DNA of 40,079 nt, taken from positions 1-40,079 of the IMG/VR virus record IMGVR_UViG_3300033407_000050. The stretch is one strand, 5' to 3'. A model generated the notes under the pieces. It searched no databases, had not been told where the DNA came from, and saw only the letters and a list, made by a program, of their open reading frames with translations. Below, piece by piece: positions 7,795 through 17,172 of the stretch. The position numbers were made by a program, and so were the translations under genes. This stretch comes from a virus (lineage: Duplodnaviria; Caudoviricetes). Within the stretch, counting starts at the first letter, position 1; each line of letters begins with the position of its first letter.

Positions 7795-10656
7795 CTAAAG
7801 ATTCGTGTTTGGAAGATCGGCGCCGGGAATGGCGGCTTGCTGGGTGGCCTGGGTTCCAGTCCTGATCGCGTCGTCGAGAAGCCGCGAAAACGCGTCCACG
7901 GCCTGCGGAGTCTGACCCATGGCCCGGATGCGCGACATGCGCTCAAGCCATTTTTCGTCGTAGACCACATCGGCCAAGGCGCGGGCGTTTCGGTTGAAGA
8001 TCGTCTCGTCTCCGATGCCGGCCGCCGTGTCGATCGGACTGGTGATCCCCTGCTTGACGACGCGAAATCGGCCCATAAGCCGCTCCGCGATTCGCTGGAA
8101 TGGAGAGGTCGGGCTTCCGGCGGCTCGTCCGCTTTGCACGAAGTAAAGAAGGTCCTCAAGCGCGAGCAGGTTCTTGCGGGCCTCCCCGCTCGAAGCGTTC
8201 ATCAGCTTAAGGCGGCTCATGGGGTTGCCGTAGATCGAGCTCAAGAGCTTGTTGGCGATGTTCGGGATGGACTCCGCGCCCTTGTCGGTTGCGAGGGATT
8301 CGATGGGCGTGACTCGCTGTGTAAGCTCGGCCCTCAGGATCTTGTCCCATGCGTCCTGCCCTCCGTTCGCGATGATGATGTCGCGAACCTGCTCGATTTC
8401 GCCGGGATCGACCTTCGCGGAGAAGATCTCCTTGAGAACGCCGCCGATCTTCTCGTCTGGAATCTGCGCGATGCGTCCGATGCGGGTCGTTCCGTACTTC
8501 CTCTTAGCCTGTTCGAGCGTGACGCGAAGCCGCTGGAGGTTCTTGCGGGCCTCGTTGTCGGGAGCGAGGTCCAAGAGGCGTCGCATAGTTCCATCATCGG
8601 GAAAGAGCGCATCGAGATACTGTTGCGGTGTGGCGCTGGCTCGCGACAACTTCCCGATCTTGCTGTCGATGAAAGAGCGATAGAGGTCGCCGTAAGAGCC
8701 CTTCGGGATTGAGACCTTGAACCTCGCGATGTCCTCAGCCCCCCACTTTCCGCCGAAGACCTCCTGGGCGATGGTCTCTACGGTGGCGTCCTCCTTGCGG
8801 GCGATGGCGCCCACTAGGGACTCGTCAAGCTCCTCAAGATTTCTCTGATATCGAGAAAAAATCGAGTCCGCCTTGCGAAACTTGGGAGAAACCGCGCCTA
8901 TCTGGCTATTAAGGCTATCGCGAATCGACTTTAGTTCATTGATGGCCGATTGGGTTAATCGATTATCCCCATCCCAATTGATCCACTTGTCGAGCATCTC
9001 GCGAGCGTCATGGATCTGTTGCAGCGTTGGCGGAATCGGCTTTTTGCCTTTGAGTTCAACCTCGCCAAACCCAGGAACGCGCTTTTTCCGTGGGGCGCTC
9101 GCAAAATCATCCGTAAGCAGGGTTTTCGCTTTCTCAAGGTCCGGAATAGCATCGTGCCCCTTCTTGAATCTGGAAAGAGCATTTTCAATGCTGGCGCGTA
9201 TTGGACCAACGTTCACCTGTGGGCTTTCCGCATACGCTTCGCTGTAAAGCTTAGAGGTAAGGTCGAACTTTTCAGTATCGATCGACTCTCTAATCATCTT
9301 CGCCGCCTGCCTGGTGGACTTCGCGGAGTTCGCGGCGCCTTGAGTCGTGCCGAGCCCGTCGAGCGTCTCGGTGAGCGCCTTCATCAGCGGCCGGTCTACG
9401 GTCGAAACCATTTCCGCCTTGGCGGCTTGGCGTATCCCCATGGTCGCGTTTTCTATCGAGTCCATAGGGGCGATGGTGTCGAGAATCTTAATTGTGGCAT
9501 CGAATGCCTTTTCGTTCTGTCCGCGTAGGGCGTCAAGCGCTTTGCGCGAGGTCGGGTCGAGCTGGGCCAGGTAGCGCTGTTCGAGCATCTGGCTCGGGAG
9601 CTGCGTCGCCTGCCCGCGAAACACCGGAACCTCGACGCCAGTCGCGTCCTTGACGGTCTGCTGCGCCTGCTTGGCCCTGTCGGCTAGCTGCTGGAGCTTC
9701 TGCAGTTCCTCGGCCGATCCGACGCCGAGCTTGCGGATCTCGTCCACGCTCTTCGCGGCTAGGAGCTTTTCGCGGCCCGCCGGGCTGAGTCTGCCCCAGA
9801 TTCCGCGAAGGGCTGGAATAGCCACTTCTGCGGCCCCTCCGAAAAGGGCGGATATGCCGACCTCCGAGCCGTCGAATTCGCCGCCGAGCGCCTTTTCGAG
9901 CCCTTGCTTCGCGCTTTCCGTGAGGGCGGACGCGGCAGCGCCAACCACTACCTTTTTACCAATCCCAGTCACTGCGCGAACCGCTGGCCCAACGCCGGCG
10001 TACTGCAATGCGGTGGCAAGAAAGTCGGAAACGTCATTGCCTGAAAAACCGGGCTTATTGAGGGCGTATTCCTGCCCTGTCTCCGGGTTGGAGATCTTGG
10101 GAAAACCGTTTATCATCTCGACGTTCCACCCGGCGTTTTCGAGTATCGCGACCTTGTCCTTGTCCTCCGGCGCTAGGTAGCTCATTGCAAGGAGCCCGCC
10201 GTATTGCTTGCCAGCTGTCCTCTTGCCGGTTGGAGTGTAGCCACTGGTTGCATGCCCAACCGAGACCTCTGGCAGTGCGCTCAACTCCTCCGGGAACCCC
10301 TGGTTCCACTGCTTCTGATCGGCGCGGACCTGCTGCTCGCGCTTGCGGATGCCTTGGATGCGCTGCGAGAAGTCAGGCGGGCCGCCCTCCTTCATCAAGG
10401 CGTCCTCGTCGGATTTGATGGCGGCGGTTTCGTCATCGAAGTATGATTGGCCGGCAAAGTCGGGGGCTTTGTAGTAGGGCTGATCAGCGGCGGGCACATC
10501 TTCCACGCTCGGGAGCGCCCGAGCCCCTGGCAGCCGAGACGCAAAATCGATGTACCCTTTATTCGCGCCTGAGTCCTTCGGCTCCTGTTTAGTCGCTTCC
10601 TTGGGCGCCTGCTTGAGCTTGTTCAGCCTCGAAGCGAAATCGATGTAATCGGCCAT
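7795..10656 (-). CDS. Large DNA ejection / internal virion protein (P22 gp16-like position, 953 aa)
   Basis: Ala/Gly-rich helical protein with LNKPGFS..D motif; third of three ejection genes. Confidence 0.7.
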   Translation of the reverse strand: MADYIDFASRLNKLKQAPKEATKQEPKDSGANKGYIDFASRLPGARALPSVEDVPAADQPYYKAPDFAGQSYFDDETAAIKSDEDALMKEGGPPDFSQRIQGIRKREQQVRADQKQWNQGFPEELSALPEVSVGHATSGYTPTGKRTAGKQYGGLLAMSYLAPEDKDKVAILENAGWNVEMINGFPKISNPETGQEYALNKPGFSGNDVSDFLATALQYAGVGPAVRAVTGIGKKVVVGAAASALTESAKQGLEKALGGEFDGSEVGISALFGGAAEVAIPALRGIWGRLSPAGREKLLAAKSVDEIRKLGVGSAEELQKLQQLADRAKQAQQTVKDATGVEVPVFRGQATQLPSQMLEQRYLAQLDPTSRKALDALRGQNEKAFDATIKILDTIAPMDSIENATMGIRQAAKAEMVSTVDRPLMKALTETLDGLGTTQGAANSAKSTRQAAKMIRESIDTEKFDLTSKLYSEAYAESPQVNVGPIRASIENALSRFKKGHDAIPDLEKAKTLLTDDFASAPRKKRVPGFGEVELKGKKPIPPTLQQIHDAREMLDKWINWDGDNRLTQSAINELKSIRDSLNSQIGAVSPKFRKADSIFSRYQRNLEELDESLVGAIARKEDATVETIAQEVFGGKWGAEDIARFKVSIPKGSYGDLYRSFIDSKIGKLSRASATPQQYLDALFPDDGTMRRLLDLAPDNEARKNLQRLRVTLEQAKRKYGTTRIGRIAQIPDEKIGGVLKEIFSAKVDPGEIEQVRDIIIANGGQDAWDKILRAELTQRVTPIESLATDKGAESIPNIANKLLSSIYGNPMSRLKLMNASSGEARKNLLALEDLLYFVQSGRAAGSPTSPFQRIAERLMGRFRVVKQGITSPIDTAAGIGDETIFNRNARALADVVYDEKWLERMSRIRAMGQTPQAVDAFSRLLDDAIRTGTQATQQAAIPGADLPNTNL

Positions 10657-11774
10657 TATTGGGAAAACTCCTCCGCGAGGCGCTGCATGACCTCATCCTC
10701 GCCTAATCCTTCGTTCATAAGTTCCTGGCCTCTGGCGTTGATGACGGCGTTGCGCCAGTTGCTGTAGTGCGTCAGTACCTTCTGGAGATTCTTCTTGAGG
10801 CTCTCCGGCTTCTGTCGGGTGTCCAGATTCGCAAGGGTTGACTGCAGAAAGCCAAGCTCTCGCTCCGACACCTGCCCAAGAGCGCCCCCCGTCGGCGACG
10901 CGTCGCGCATCGCCTGCAGCTTGTCGAATCCGATGTTCGCCTGAATGGTCTGCACCGAGTTCGCGAGTTCTCGGGGGCCTGACTCCGGGATGAAGTCGAA
11001 CAAGGCCGCAAAGCCCGCCGTGCCCCGTCCCGTCACGCCAATCGCCTCATTGACGGTGTCAATGACGCCATCCATTGCAATGACGGCGCTGCTCGCCTTT
11101 AGCTCCTGCTTGAGGGCTTTGGCCTGCAGTTCGTTTTCAGCCGGGCCCCCTGCGATCGGCCGCATGCTACGCGCCTTGGTCTCGGGGTCGGTAAAGACCT
11201 CCCATCCAGGGGGGATCGTCCCGACCTTCGACGCGTTGTCGATGGTCACATTCGTAGCCCCCGCCTTCCGCTGCTCGGTCTGAAACTCCTGAAAGCTGCC
11301 CTGGTACCCTTGGCCTCGCGCGAACTCGTATTCCTTGATCGAGGACGGCTGTGTCGGCGCCTTCGGCTGCTCGGGAGCCTGCAGGTAGCCAGCCGCCTGC
11401 GCGTACTGCAGAACGGAGTTGATCGTCTGGTCCTGCACCTGTTGCGGCTGTCCGATCCCTTTTCTCCAGAAGTCTGCGTTCTGGCTCGTCTGGGCCAGCT
11501 TGTTAAGCGCTATGGCCCGGTCCTGGCCCGACAGGCTCGAAATCTCCATGACCTCCCGCGCGAGGGATGTCGTCTTTAGCCTGTCCTCCAGCGCGGCGAT
11601 GCTCGCCTCTCGCTGCTGATTGCTAAGCTGCATCTCCTTTTGGACGTACGGCTCTCGCTGGGCTGCGAACTCGCGGTTTTGCTGCGCCCCGGCAAGCTGC
11701 TCCTTCGCTGCCGCGAAAGCGGACGACCGGCTAAGCGGCGACTGGTAGGTGTTGTAATCTTGTGCTGATGGCAT
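10656..11774 (-). CDS. DNA ejection protein (P22 gp20-like position, 372 aa)
   Basis: Gln-rich; IKEYEFA and GGALGQVSERE motifs; synteny. Confidence 0.7.
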   Translation of the reverse strand: MPSAQDYNTYQSPLSRSSAFAAAKEQLAGAQQNREFAAQREPYVQKEMQLSNQQREASIAALEDRLKTTSLAREVMEISSLSGQDRAIALNKLAQTSQNADFWRKGIGQPQQVQDQTINSVLQYAQAAGYLQAPEQPKAPTQPSSIKEYEFARGQGYQGSFQEFQTEQRKAGATNVTIDNASKVGTIPPGWEVFTDPETKARSMRPIAGGPAENELQAKALKQELKASSAVIAMDGVIDTVNEAIGVTGRGTAGFAALFDFIPESGPRELANSVQTIQANIGFDKLQAMRDASPTGGALGQVSERELGFLQSTLANLDTRQKPESLKKNLQKVLTHYSNWRNAVINARGQELMNEGLGEDEVMQRLAEEFSQ

Positions 11775-11776
11775 GG

Positions 11777-12466
11777 CTATGCGTAGGCTCCTGCGTTGAT
11801 TTGCGGCGTTCCCTGCCAGGTGGAGGAGGCTCGGTTTCCGCCGCCTCCGAAGTTAAAACCCCCACTGGCTCCAATGGCTGCGAGGTCCGCGATGCCGCTT
11901 TGCAGCGCCGCCGAGCGTCCAAGTCGCGCGTTAGCCTGCTCCATCCCGTTGTTGGTGATGATTCCCGCCTGCGTAACCGCCGCGTTCTGCCCCACGCCCG
12001 CGATTGCGGAGTCAGCTGCCAGCCCGGTTCCCACGATGGCCCCGGCTTGATTGAAGTCGTTGCCCGAAAACTGCATCTCGAGCCCCTTTAGGAATTCGTT
12101 GATGGACTTAAGGCGGCTCCCACTCTTGAGCGTGCCGGTGAGCATGGCCTGTTGGCCCTGCGTCTTCATACCCTGGTCGCGCACGAACTGGAAGCGCGGC
12201 GAACTGCCGAGGCTCTCATAGTAGGCCGCCTGAGCCTCCGGGCCGTTCACTCCCGCGATGTCGCGCTGGACCTTCATGGCGTCGGCCACGTTCGCGGAAT
12301 ACGGGTCGAGCCGCTCGGCCGAGTCCTGATAGTTCTGGCGAACCACGTCGGAGGCTTCTTTGGAAGCTCCGGCCACCTCCTTGGCTGCGTCCTTAGTCCC
12401 CTTGTATGACAGCGCCGCTGAGCCCGCCGTCACGGCTAGTCCTGCCCATCCTAGTCCTGTAGACAT
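11777..12466 (-). CDS. DNA ejection protein (P22 gp7-like, 229 aa)
   Basis: Hydrophobic Gly/Ala N-terminus, LDPY and SP.FQF motifs; synteny. Confidence 0.72.
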   Translation of the reverse strand: MSTGLGWAGLAVTAGSAALSYKGTKDAAKEVAGASKEASDVVRQNYQDSAERLDPYSANVADAMKVQRDIAGVNGPEAQAAYYESLGSSPRFQFVRDQGMKTQGQQAMLTGTLKSGSRLKSINEFLKGLEMQFSGNDFNQAGAIVGTGLAADSAIAGVGQNAAVTQAGIITNNGMEQANARLGRSAALQSGIADLAAIGASGGFNFGGGGNRASSTWQGTPQINAGAYA

Positions 12467-13329
12467 TGCAGGCCTCCGTTTCCAATGGTTTTAATGAAGT
12501 TGTCGAGATAGTTCATGGTGATTTCATCCCCCTTGGGGATGTTCGTGAGGGCAATGGCGTTGACCCCCACTAGCTCCATATTCGGGGTGAATGAGTGGTT
12601 CGAGTACCGCGCTAGCTGTGTCCTCTCTCGGTTGATGAAGACCGGCAGAAACTCGCCCTTCAGGATGTCACGGGCCGCGAACAGCCCCCGGCCCTGAATC
12701 GGCGATTCGCGCAGGACCACCGAACCGCACTCCAGGGCGAGCGGTTCGCCCGCCTGCTCCATGTACTGATCAATCTGCTCCTGCCGGAGCCCGCAAATCC
12801 GTTTGAAGCACTCGAACTCGCCCGCCTGCTCGTGGGCTTTGGGCGGCTCGAAATACCGATCCGCGAGGGCGGCTTCGTCCCGCTCGTTGTCGGGGTTCGG
12901 GAAGACGTTGAGGAATTTCACGCCGCTGCGAGTGAAGCCCATTTTCCGAACTCCCGCGCTGGACGTGAAAACGTCGCCCGCGCTGAAGTGGATCGGCCCC
13001 CGCTCCGTGAACACGGAGACCTCCCCCTTGGCGACGATGTTCAGCGTGGGCGCCTTGTGGGTCGCTCCGGTCACGACGGCCATAGGCGAGAGGATCATCT
13101 CTTTTGTCGATACGCCTTCGGAGTGAATCCATCGCATCGCGCATTCCGCCCCGCCTAGGCCGAAGCGCTGCCTATCGAGCATGTGGGCCTCGATCTCGTC
13201 CAGTAGGCTATGAAACGTCGCGGATTCGCACGGATTCAGCAGCCGATCCAGCCGGGAGATGATGAACTGGTCGGCGATGTGCTGGGTGTCGGCGATCTGG
13301 AATTGCGGGGATTCGACTAGCGCGCTCAT
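12451..13329 (-). CDS. Cupin-like + SET-domain fusion protein (292 aa)
   Basis: SET motifs SPIQGRGLFA, RYSNHSFTPN and GDEITMNY; N-half has a cupin-like strand pattern; ATG at 13329 overlaps the upstream stop. Confidence 0.8.
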   Translation of the reverse strand: MSALVESPQFQIADTQHIADQFIISRLDRLLNPCESATFHSLLDEIEAHMLDRQRFGLGGAECAMRWIHSEGVSTKEMILSPMAVVTGATHKAPTLNIVAKGEVSVFTERGPIHFSAGDVFTSSAGVRKMGFTRSGVKFLNVFPNPDNERDEAALADRYFEPPKAHEQAGEFECFKRICGLRQEQIDQYMEQAGEPLALECGSVVLRESPIQGRGLFAARDILKGEFLPVFINRERTQLARYSNHSFTPNMELVGVNAIALTNIPKGDEITMNYLDNFIKTIGNGGLQCLQD

Positions 13330-13673
13330 GTGGTCCACTCCGTTCCATTTAGCGTGATCGCCACCGAAGTCGCGGCGCTGGCCTGCGCGTCGATGGTCCC
13401 GCCCTGTCCAAGCGAAAGCCCGTCGAGCTGCGCGAGAACCTTCGTTTCGTTGGCCGCGAGCGAAAGCGTGTCCGCGAGCTTGAAGTTGTCCGCCCGCGTC
13501 TGCCCGCTCTGCAGCGCCCAAACATCGATAGTGATCGCTCCCGCCGTGTAGTTGGTCACGCTCGCGAGCCCGATCTGTACCCTGTTCAGGCTCGCCGGCA
13601 CAGTGTAGACCACCGCCGCCGAGTCCGAGATGATCGATCCGTTTGCGAAATTCTTGCCGCCGTTAACTGCCAT
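13326..13673 (-). CDS. Virion/tail-associated beta-rich protein (115 aa)
   Basis: VYTVP and ITLNGTE pattern; position in the tail cluster. Confidence 0.65.
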   Translation of the reverse strand: MAVNGGKNFANGSIISDSAAVVYTVPASLNRVQIGLASVTNYTAGAITIDVWALQSGQTRADNFKLADTLSLAANETKVLAQLDGLSLGQGGTIDAQASAATSVAITLNGTEWTT

Positions 13674-14013
13674 AGGTCAAATTCTCCAAGTCGTTGATTC
13701 TCGCGTGCGCCTGATGGGTCGCCGCGCTGGTTCGCGCCTGCCTCGCCTCGATGTCGGCGAGCAGGTTCAGAAGATCGTTCGCCGTCCCCCGCATGGCTTC
13801 AGCCTGCGCGATGGATCGGCCGACGCTGGCCTGTAGATCCGCCGTCAGGTTCTCCTGATCGCTCACGCGGGCCAGTACCGCCGCCACGTCGGAAAGGTCC
13901 GCGTTGAGCCGCTGCGTGACCTCGCTTAGCCAGCGCTGCACGCGAAACGTCGGAGCGCCGCTTGCTTCCACTAGCGGCTCGCTCGCGCTTGGGGTTGTGA
14001 GGATTCCCGCCAT
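13663..14013 (-). CDS. Coiled-coil tail protein (gp26 needle-like position, 116 aa)
   Basis: ATG at 14013 overlaps the stop of the gp10-like gene; heptad pattern. Confidence 0.6.
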   Translation of the reverse strand: MAGILTTPSASEPLVEASGAPTFRVQRWLSEVTQRLNADLSDVAAVLARVSDQENLTADLQASVGRSIAQAEAMRGTANDLLNLLADIEARQARTSAATHQAHARINDLENLTYGS

Positions 14014-15515
14014 TAGTTGCCCTCCTCCAGTGTTGCGAGCAGCTTGAGAAACACCTGCTTGACCGGAGCCGAGCACGTAAACTTGAAGAGCCGCCCCTGT
14101 TCGCTGTAGCCCAGAGCGTCCCAGACCGTCCGGGCTGTGTAGTCCTGGAACACGCCAAGCTGCCGCGAGCCCGCCGAGTTGAAGGTGCGGCCGCCGTCGT
14201 CCGAAATCCAAAGCTCTATCTCCGGAGTCCTGCCGACCATGTGCCGATTCAGCCACTCCTTGCCGACGCCGCTCTCGCAAATCAGCTCGACGCGGTCGAT
14301 GAATACCGGCCTTCGCTGGTTGGCGAGGTAGTAGCCCGAGAACTCGCGCTCGGGAGTGACGCCGTATTCAGTGTAGATGTCCTTGTCGATGCGTCCGAGC
14401 CCGCCGTAATAGTCGGACGTGTAGAATTTGCCGTACGCCTCAGTGATAGAGGTGACCGTCCACGGCGTGATGTCGTCGGCGAGCGCCCCATATTTCCGCC
14501 TGTGCCACATGTGCCGGCCCTTGATGGCGCTGCTGGTCGCGTCGTAGACATAGGTCTCGCCGGTCAGGATACTGCCGAAGGTGAAACCGAAGTAGAAATG
14601 ACCGTCGAAGTTGAAGGCGAAGCTAGAGGTCGAGTAATGCCACTCCTCTGGATTGATAAGATCCGCGATCTTCGAATCGATGAACGGCGTCGAGATCTTC
14701 GAAACAGCCCCCGCTCCGAGCACGCGCCAGACATTGCTCTGCTCGTTTTGCCCGCCGCCGACAAAGACGAGCGAATTGTCGAAGCGCTGGATCGCGTACG
14801 GACTCGCGAGCCCTTTGTCGAATCCCGCGCCGCCGATCTCCGCGAAGGGGAAGCTGCCGGTTACCGCCACGCCGTACGGCCTGCACCGGTCGTTTCCGAA
14901 GACGTAAAGCTCGTCTCGCAGGTTGATGCCGCGCTGGATGTCGTCGTCAAGGAATGGCTCCACGAAGTCCAGCGCGTCGAAGTCCTGTCCCTTGTTGTCG
15001 GTTGCGATCGACCCACTAAAGAGCGTGCTCTTGGTCCAAAAGACGAAGACTCCGGACACGCGAACCACGCCGCGAACGCCGCCCTCCTCCCCTTCGTACG
15101 CCTGGAACGCAGGATCGGTGATTTGGACGATGCCGTTTTCCGTGTCGTAGAAGTAGGAATACCCGCCGGGGAAGACGATGGCCAGCGTCTCGCCGTTGTC
15201 CGCGACGAAAGGCGCGCCCTCGCCTCCGACAGACGGAAGGTTCCCAATGGTGGTCTCGGTATGGTCCTGCGCGATCTTCACAAGCGCGGCGGTGACGCTG
15301 TAGAGCTCGCCCTGAAAGTTGTAGAGCGTCCCGCTCCCGACCCCTTCAATATCCTCGATCCCGAAGCCGTAGCTCAGATACCCGCGCGTGCTCGTGCCTT
15401 CCGTCTGCTCCTGCATCGGCACCAGGTTCGTACAAACCTGATTGGCGACCGGGAGGCTCTCGGACTGGTAGGCACCTACGTCTATAGGAAGCTCAACTAT
15501 GCGGGATCGTGCCAC
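14013..15515 (-). CDS. Tail hub / packaged-DNA stabilisation protein (P22 gp10-like, 500 aa)
   Basis: Beta-propeller-like composition; KISTPFID, TYVYD and SDDGG.TF motifs. Confidence 0.82.
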   Translation of the reverse strand: MARSRIVELPIDVGAYQSESLPVANQVCTNLVPMQEQTEGTSTRGYLSYGFGIEDIEGVGSGTLYNFQGELYSVTAALVKIAQDHTETTIGNLPSVGGEGAPFVADNGETLAIVFPGGYSYFYDTENGIVQITDPAFQAYEGEEGGVRGVVRVSGVFVFWTKSTLFSGSIATDNKGQDFDALDFVEPFLDDDIQRGINLRDELYVFGNDRCRPYGVAVTGSFPFAEIGGAGFDKGLASPYAIQRFDNSLVFVGGGQNEQSNVWRVLGAGAVSKISTPFIDSKIADLINPEEWHYSTSSFAFNFDGHFYFGFTFGSILTGETYVYDATSSAIKGRHMWHRRKYGALADDITPWTVTSITEAYGKFYTSDYYGGLGRIDKDIYTEYGVTPEREFSGYYLANQRRPVFIDRVELICESGVGKEWLNRHMVGRTPEIELWISDDGGRTFNSAGSRQLGVFQDYTARTVWDALGYSEQGRLFKFTCSAPVKQVFLKLLATLEEGN

Positions 15516-15523
15516 TGGCTATG

Positions 15524-15964
15524 CTAGAGGGTGTAGAGGTTCGAGCCGTCGGAGTAGACGAGCTTACCGCCCGTGGAAATCACCTTGGAGCTGCCGGCGT
15601 CGATGGTCCCGCTCGTCGGCGTGATGGTGACATTCGAGCCGCCGGCCACCTTGTTGACCCAAAGCGGCGCCGTCGCGCTGTTCGTGGAGTCCCAGAGAAT
15701 CAGTGGATCGACATTGATGTTGACCGCGTTCGATGTCGTGTCCGCGTTTATAATGCGATCGGCCGCAACCGCGCTGTAGCTCGATGCGGTGACGGCTCGA
15801 ACCGCGAACGTCTGCGCTCCGGTTATCAGGGACGCGATGCTAGTCGCGAAGCTGCTCATCGTGATGCGCTTCACTAGCCCGCTGATCACTACGACAAGCG
15901 TGTCCGCCGCGCTCATCGAGGTTTCTATCGCCTTGTTGCTTACCTTGTCCGTGTAGTCTCCCAT
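15524..15964 (-). CDS. Putative virion structural protein (146 aa)
   Basis: Ser/Thr-rich, fibre-like C-terminus (LVYSDGSN); lies between gp4- and gp10-like genes. Confidence 0.6.
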   Translation of the reverse strand: MGDYTDKVSNKAIETSMSAADTLVVVISGLVKRITMSSFATSIASLITGAQTFAVRAVTASSYSAVAADRIINADTTSNAVNINVDPLILWDSTNSATAPLWVNKVAGGSNVTITPTSGTIDAGSSKVISTGGKLVYSDGSNLYTL

Positions 15965-15967
15965 AGT

Positions 15968-16486
15968 TCAATCCTCCAAAACTCTGCCCTGCTCGTCTCG
16001 CAGGAGTTCGCCGTTTCCGTCCTTGAGGTCGTCGCCGATCTCGTTTCCAAAGAAATGCCCGCCGACCGAATCGCCCAGCGTGCGGATGTCGAAAGCCCCA
16101 TTGCACTCGTTGCCCGCGCCGACTGGCATGGTCTCGGGCCAGTGAAGGACCGGATCCGCCGAAACGGTCATCTCCAGAACCGCCGCGCGGCCGTTGCGGT
16201 AGCGCTCGATCGTCATCGCCGAAATGTCCTTGCCGAACTTCGGGCCGAGCTGGATCGCCATTGCCGCGACGAGGTGATCTTCCGCCCAATCAGGTATCGT
16301 CACCGCGTCGCTCGAGGCGGAAACCGTGGTGTAGCCAAGCGAGCGATTGAACACCGCCTCGCGGGCCATAATGAGATTCATCGCGCGGATGCCCTTGGCG
16401 ATGTGGTCGCTCGCCAGCGGAATGCCGGTCGATTTGACCTTCAACTCCTCGAAGGCGTCCTCGATGAGTTCGAGTGCCGTGCTCAA
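15968..16486 (-). CDS. Head-tail adaptor (P22 gp4-like, 172 aa)
   Basis: TALELIEDAFEEL start, AIQLGPKFG and P.TMPVGAGN motifs. Confidence 0.82.
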   Translation of the reverse strand: MSTALELIEDAFEELKVKSTGIPLASDHIAKGIRAMNLIMAREAVFNRSLGYTTVSASSDAVTIPDWAEDHLVAAMAIQLGPKFGKDISAMTIERYRNGRAAVLEMTVSADPVLHWPETMPVGAGNECNGAFDIRTLGDSVGGHFFGNEIGDDLKDGNGELLRDEQGRVLED

Positions 16487-16905
16487 TTAGGAGCCCCCTC
16501 GTCCTCAAAGACCGCGACCGCGAAATTATCCTCGCTCCATTTGCCCTGCTTGCGGGCGACCCGCTCGACCTTTCGGACCATGGCCCGGCGGCTCATCTTC
16601 GGGTTAGGCGAGTAGTTTAGGAAGCGCTCGAAAAGCCTAGCGACCTCGCGCTTGCTCTTTTCGAGGTGCATATTCAGGAGCCCGTTGAAGCACTGGCAAA
16701 GCTCGTTTATCACGATTTCGGCCTGATGCGTCCTGGACTCCTCGGGTAGAAAATTGTAGGGCGTAAGCTCCCATCCCTGCCTCTGCAGGCTGTGGGCCGC
16801 CGTGTGTATGTCCACGATCACCGACTCGGTCTCTTGCGAGCCCTCCTTGCGGCGGTACATGTAGACCCGGTGAACGTCGGGCTTGCTGTCTGCTATGGCT
16901 GCCAT
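16483..16905 (-). CDS. Hypothetical protein (140 aa)
   Basis: ATG at 16905; stop overlaps the gp4-like start. Confidence 0.65.
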   Translation of the reverse strand: MAAIADSKPDVHRVYMYRRKEGSQETESVIVDIHTAAHSLQRQGWELTPYNFLPEESRTHQAEIVINELCQCFNGLLNMHLEKSKREVARLFERFLNYSPNPKMSRRAMVRKVERVARKQGKWSEDNFAVAVFEDEGAPN

Positions 16906-16927
16906 GTTTTTGAATGTTCGATTTTTC

Positions 16928-16959
16928 AAAAGAGGGGCCGGGCATTGGCCCAGCCCCTC
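16928..16959 (-). terminator. Intrinsic terminator after the coat operon
   Basis: GAGGGGCTGGGC-CAAT-GCCCGGCCCCTC-TTTT on the minus strand. Confidence 0.7.
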
Positions 16960-16986
16960 CGTCAGATAAACAATACCACTAAGAGG

Positions 16987-17169
16987 CTAGCTGGACTTTG
17001 CCGCGCCCTTGGCTTTCGCTTTGGTCGGGCAGTCGCAGTGACCCTTTTCCAGGAGCGCCTTGAGCGCATCTGGACTGCGGACCTTTACGGGCTTGCCGGT
17101 GCCGTTCTCGTAGGCGAAAGCGGCGTATCCGCTTGGCTTGGGCTGTTTGTTGGAGTTTTGCTTGATCAT
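16987..17169 (-). CDS. Small basic protein after coat (60 aa)
   Basis: ATG 3 nt after the coat stop; lies before the terminator. Confidence 0.6.
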   Translation of the reverse strand: MIKQNSNKQPKPSGYAAFAYENGTGKPVKVRSPDALKALLEKGHCDCPTKAKAKGAAKSS

Positions 17170-17172
17170 AGC

